In this document: piece after piece, positions 61,744-61,902 of the stretch | Layout of the letters: the number at the start of each line of letters is the position of its first letter | Numbering within the stretch: the first letter of the stretch is position 1 | Assembly (NCBI GenBank): GCA_031373225.1 | Contig: JANMMM010000039.1 | Span: 1-61,902 of the forward strand | From: Phyllobacteriaceae bacterium | GTDB lineage: Bacteria; Pseudomonadota; Alphaproteobacteria; Rhizobiales; Rhizobiaceae | Length of the DNA stretch: 61,902 nt | Direction: 5' to 3' | Translations under genes and position numbers: made by a program | Notes under the pieces: model-generated | The model's input: only the letters and a program-made list of their open reading frames with translations | What the model was told of the DNA's origin: nothing | Database searches by the model: none

Positions 61744-61902
61744 GCGCAGCCACCCTCATCACCACGCCCCGTTTCCGGTCTGGCCATTGGGTTCCAAGGG
61801 ACGTACAGGGCGTGTGGTCCTGCCGGTTGGAATAATTGAAGAGTGTGGCTCGCCACACGCCCTGTCACGGCTTTTTGCCAGGGCTGGCGCATGGGACGCT
61901 CC

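Noticed and set aside
61805-61865. A 13-bp inverted repeat (acagggcgtgtgg / ccacacgccctgt) downstream of the HPr gene, followed by TTTTT.
   Set aside because: The 35-nt loop is too long for a canonical intrinsic terminator, and the window ends shortly after, so the context cannot be judged. It may be a structured element, but the support is insufficient.
1-61902. A search for CRISPR arrays, rRNA or tRNA genes and IS elements across the window.
   Set aside because: I found no regularly spaced direct repeats, no rRNA- or tRNA-like sequences, and no transposase- or integrase-like ORFs. The only dispersed repeats are the REP-like pairs, which occur as two inverted units per locus.

Overview
This is a ~62-kb origin-proximal chromosomal segment of a high-GC alphaproteobacterium. 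Hand counts of flanking 60-nt lines give about 62-63% GC, and the gene order is typical of Hyphomicrobiales/Rhizobiales. The core content runs as follows: sucA (partial)-sucB-lpdA; phoR and pstSCAB-phoU-phoB; asd; an MHS-type MFS transporter; leuB; parB-parA-rsmG-mnmG-mnmE-rho with a parS cluster; hemJ-hemE | oriC | maf-aroE-coaE-dnaQ; secB; fxsA, Tim44-like, mltA, smr; hslU/hslV; hisB-hisH-hisA...hisF-hisE-coaA; alkB, arfB, pckA; and chvI-chvG-hprK-EIIA(Man)-HPr. I saw no rRNA, tRNA, CRISPR array, transposase or integrase. The standout is a ~3-kb AT-rich island (sampled lines 22-40% GC) between asd and the MFS gene. It carries only two translationally coupled minus-strand genes. One encodes a 211-aa minimal class III nucleotidyl-cyclase-like protein. 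The other encodes a 755-aa P-loop NTPase with an ORC/Cdc6- or STAND-like layout and no recognisable effector domain. I consider this a candidate undescribed signalling or defence module. Secondary accessory features are: a Uma2 plus Mrr-type endonuclease insertion inside the his operon; a zeta-toxin-like kinase plus a GNAT gene inside the hslVU operon; a segmental duplication that left a coaA 3' pseudogene fragment next to three PAP2_C-like membrane-protein paralogues; and REP/BIME-like inverted repeat pairs at two loci.
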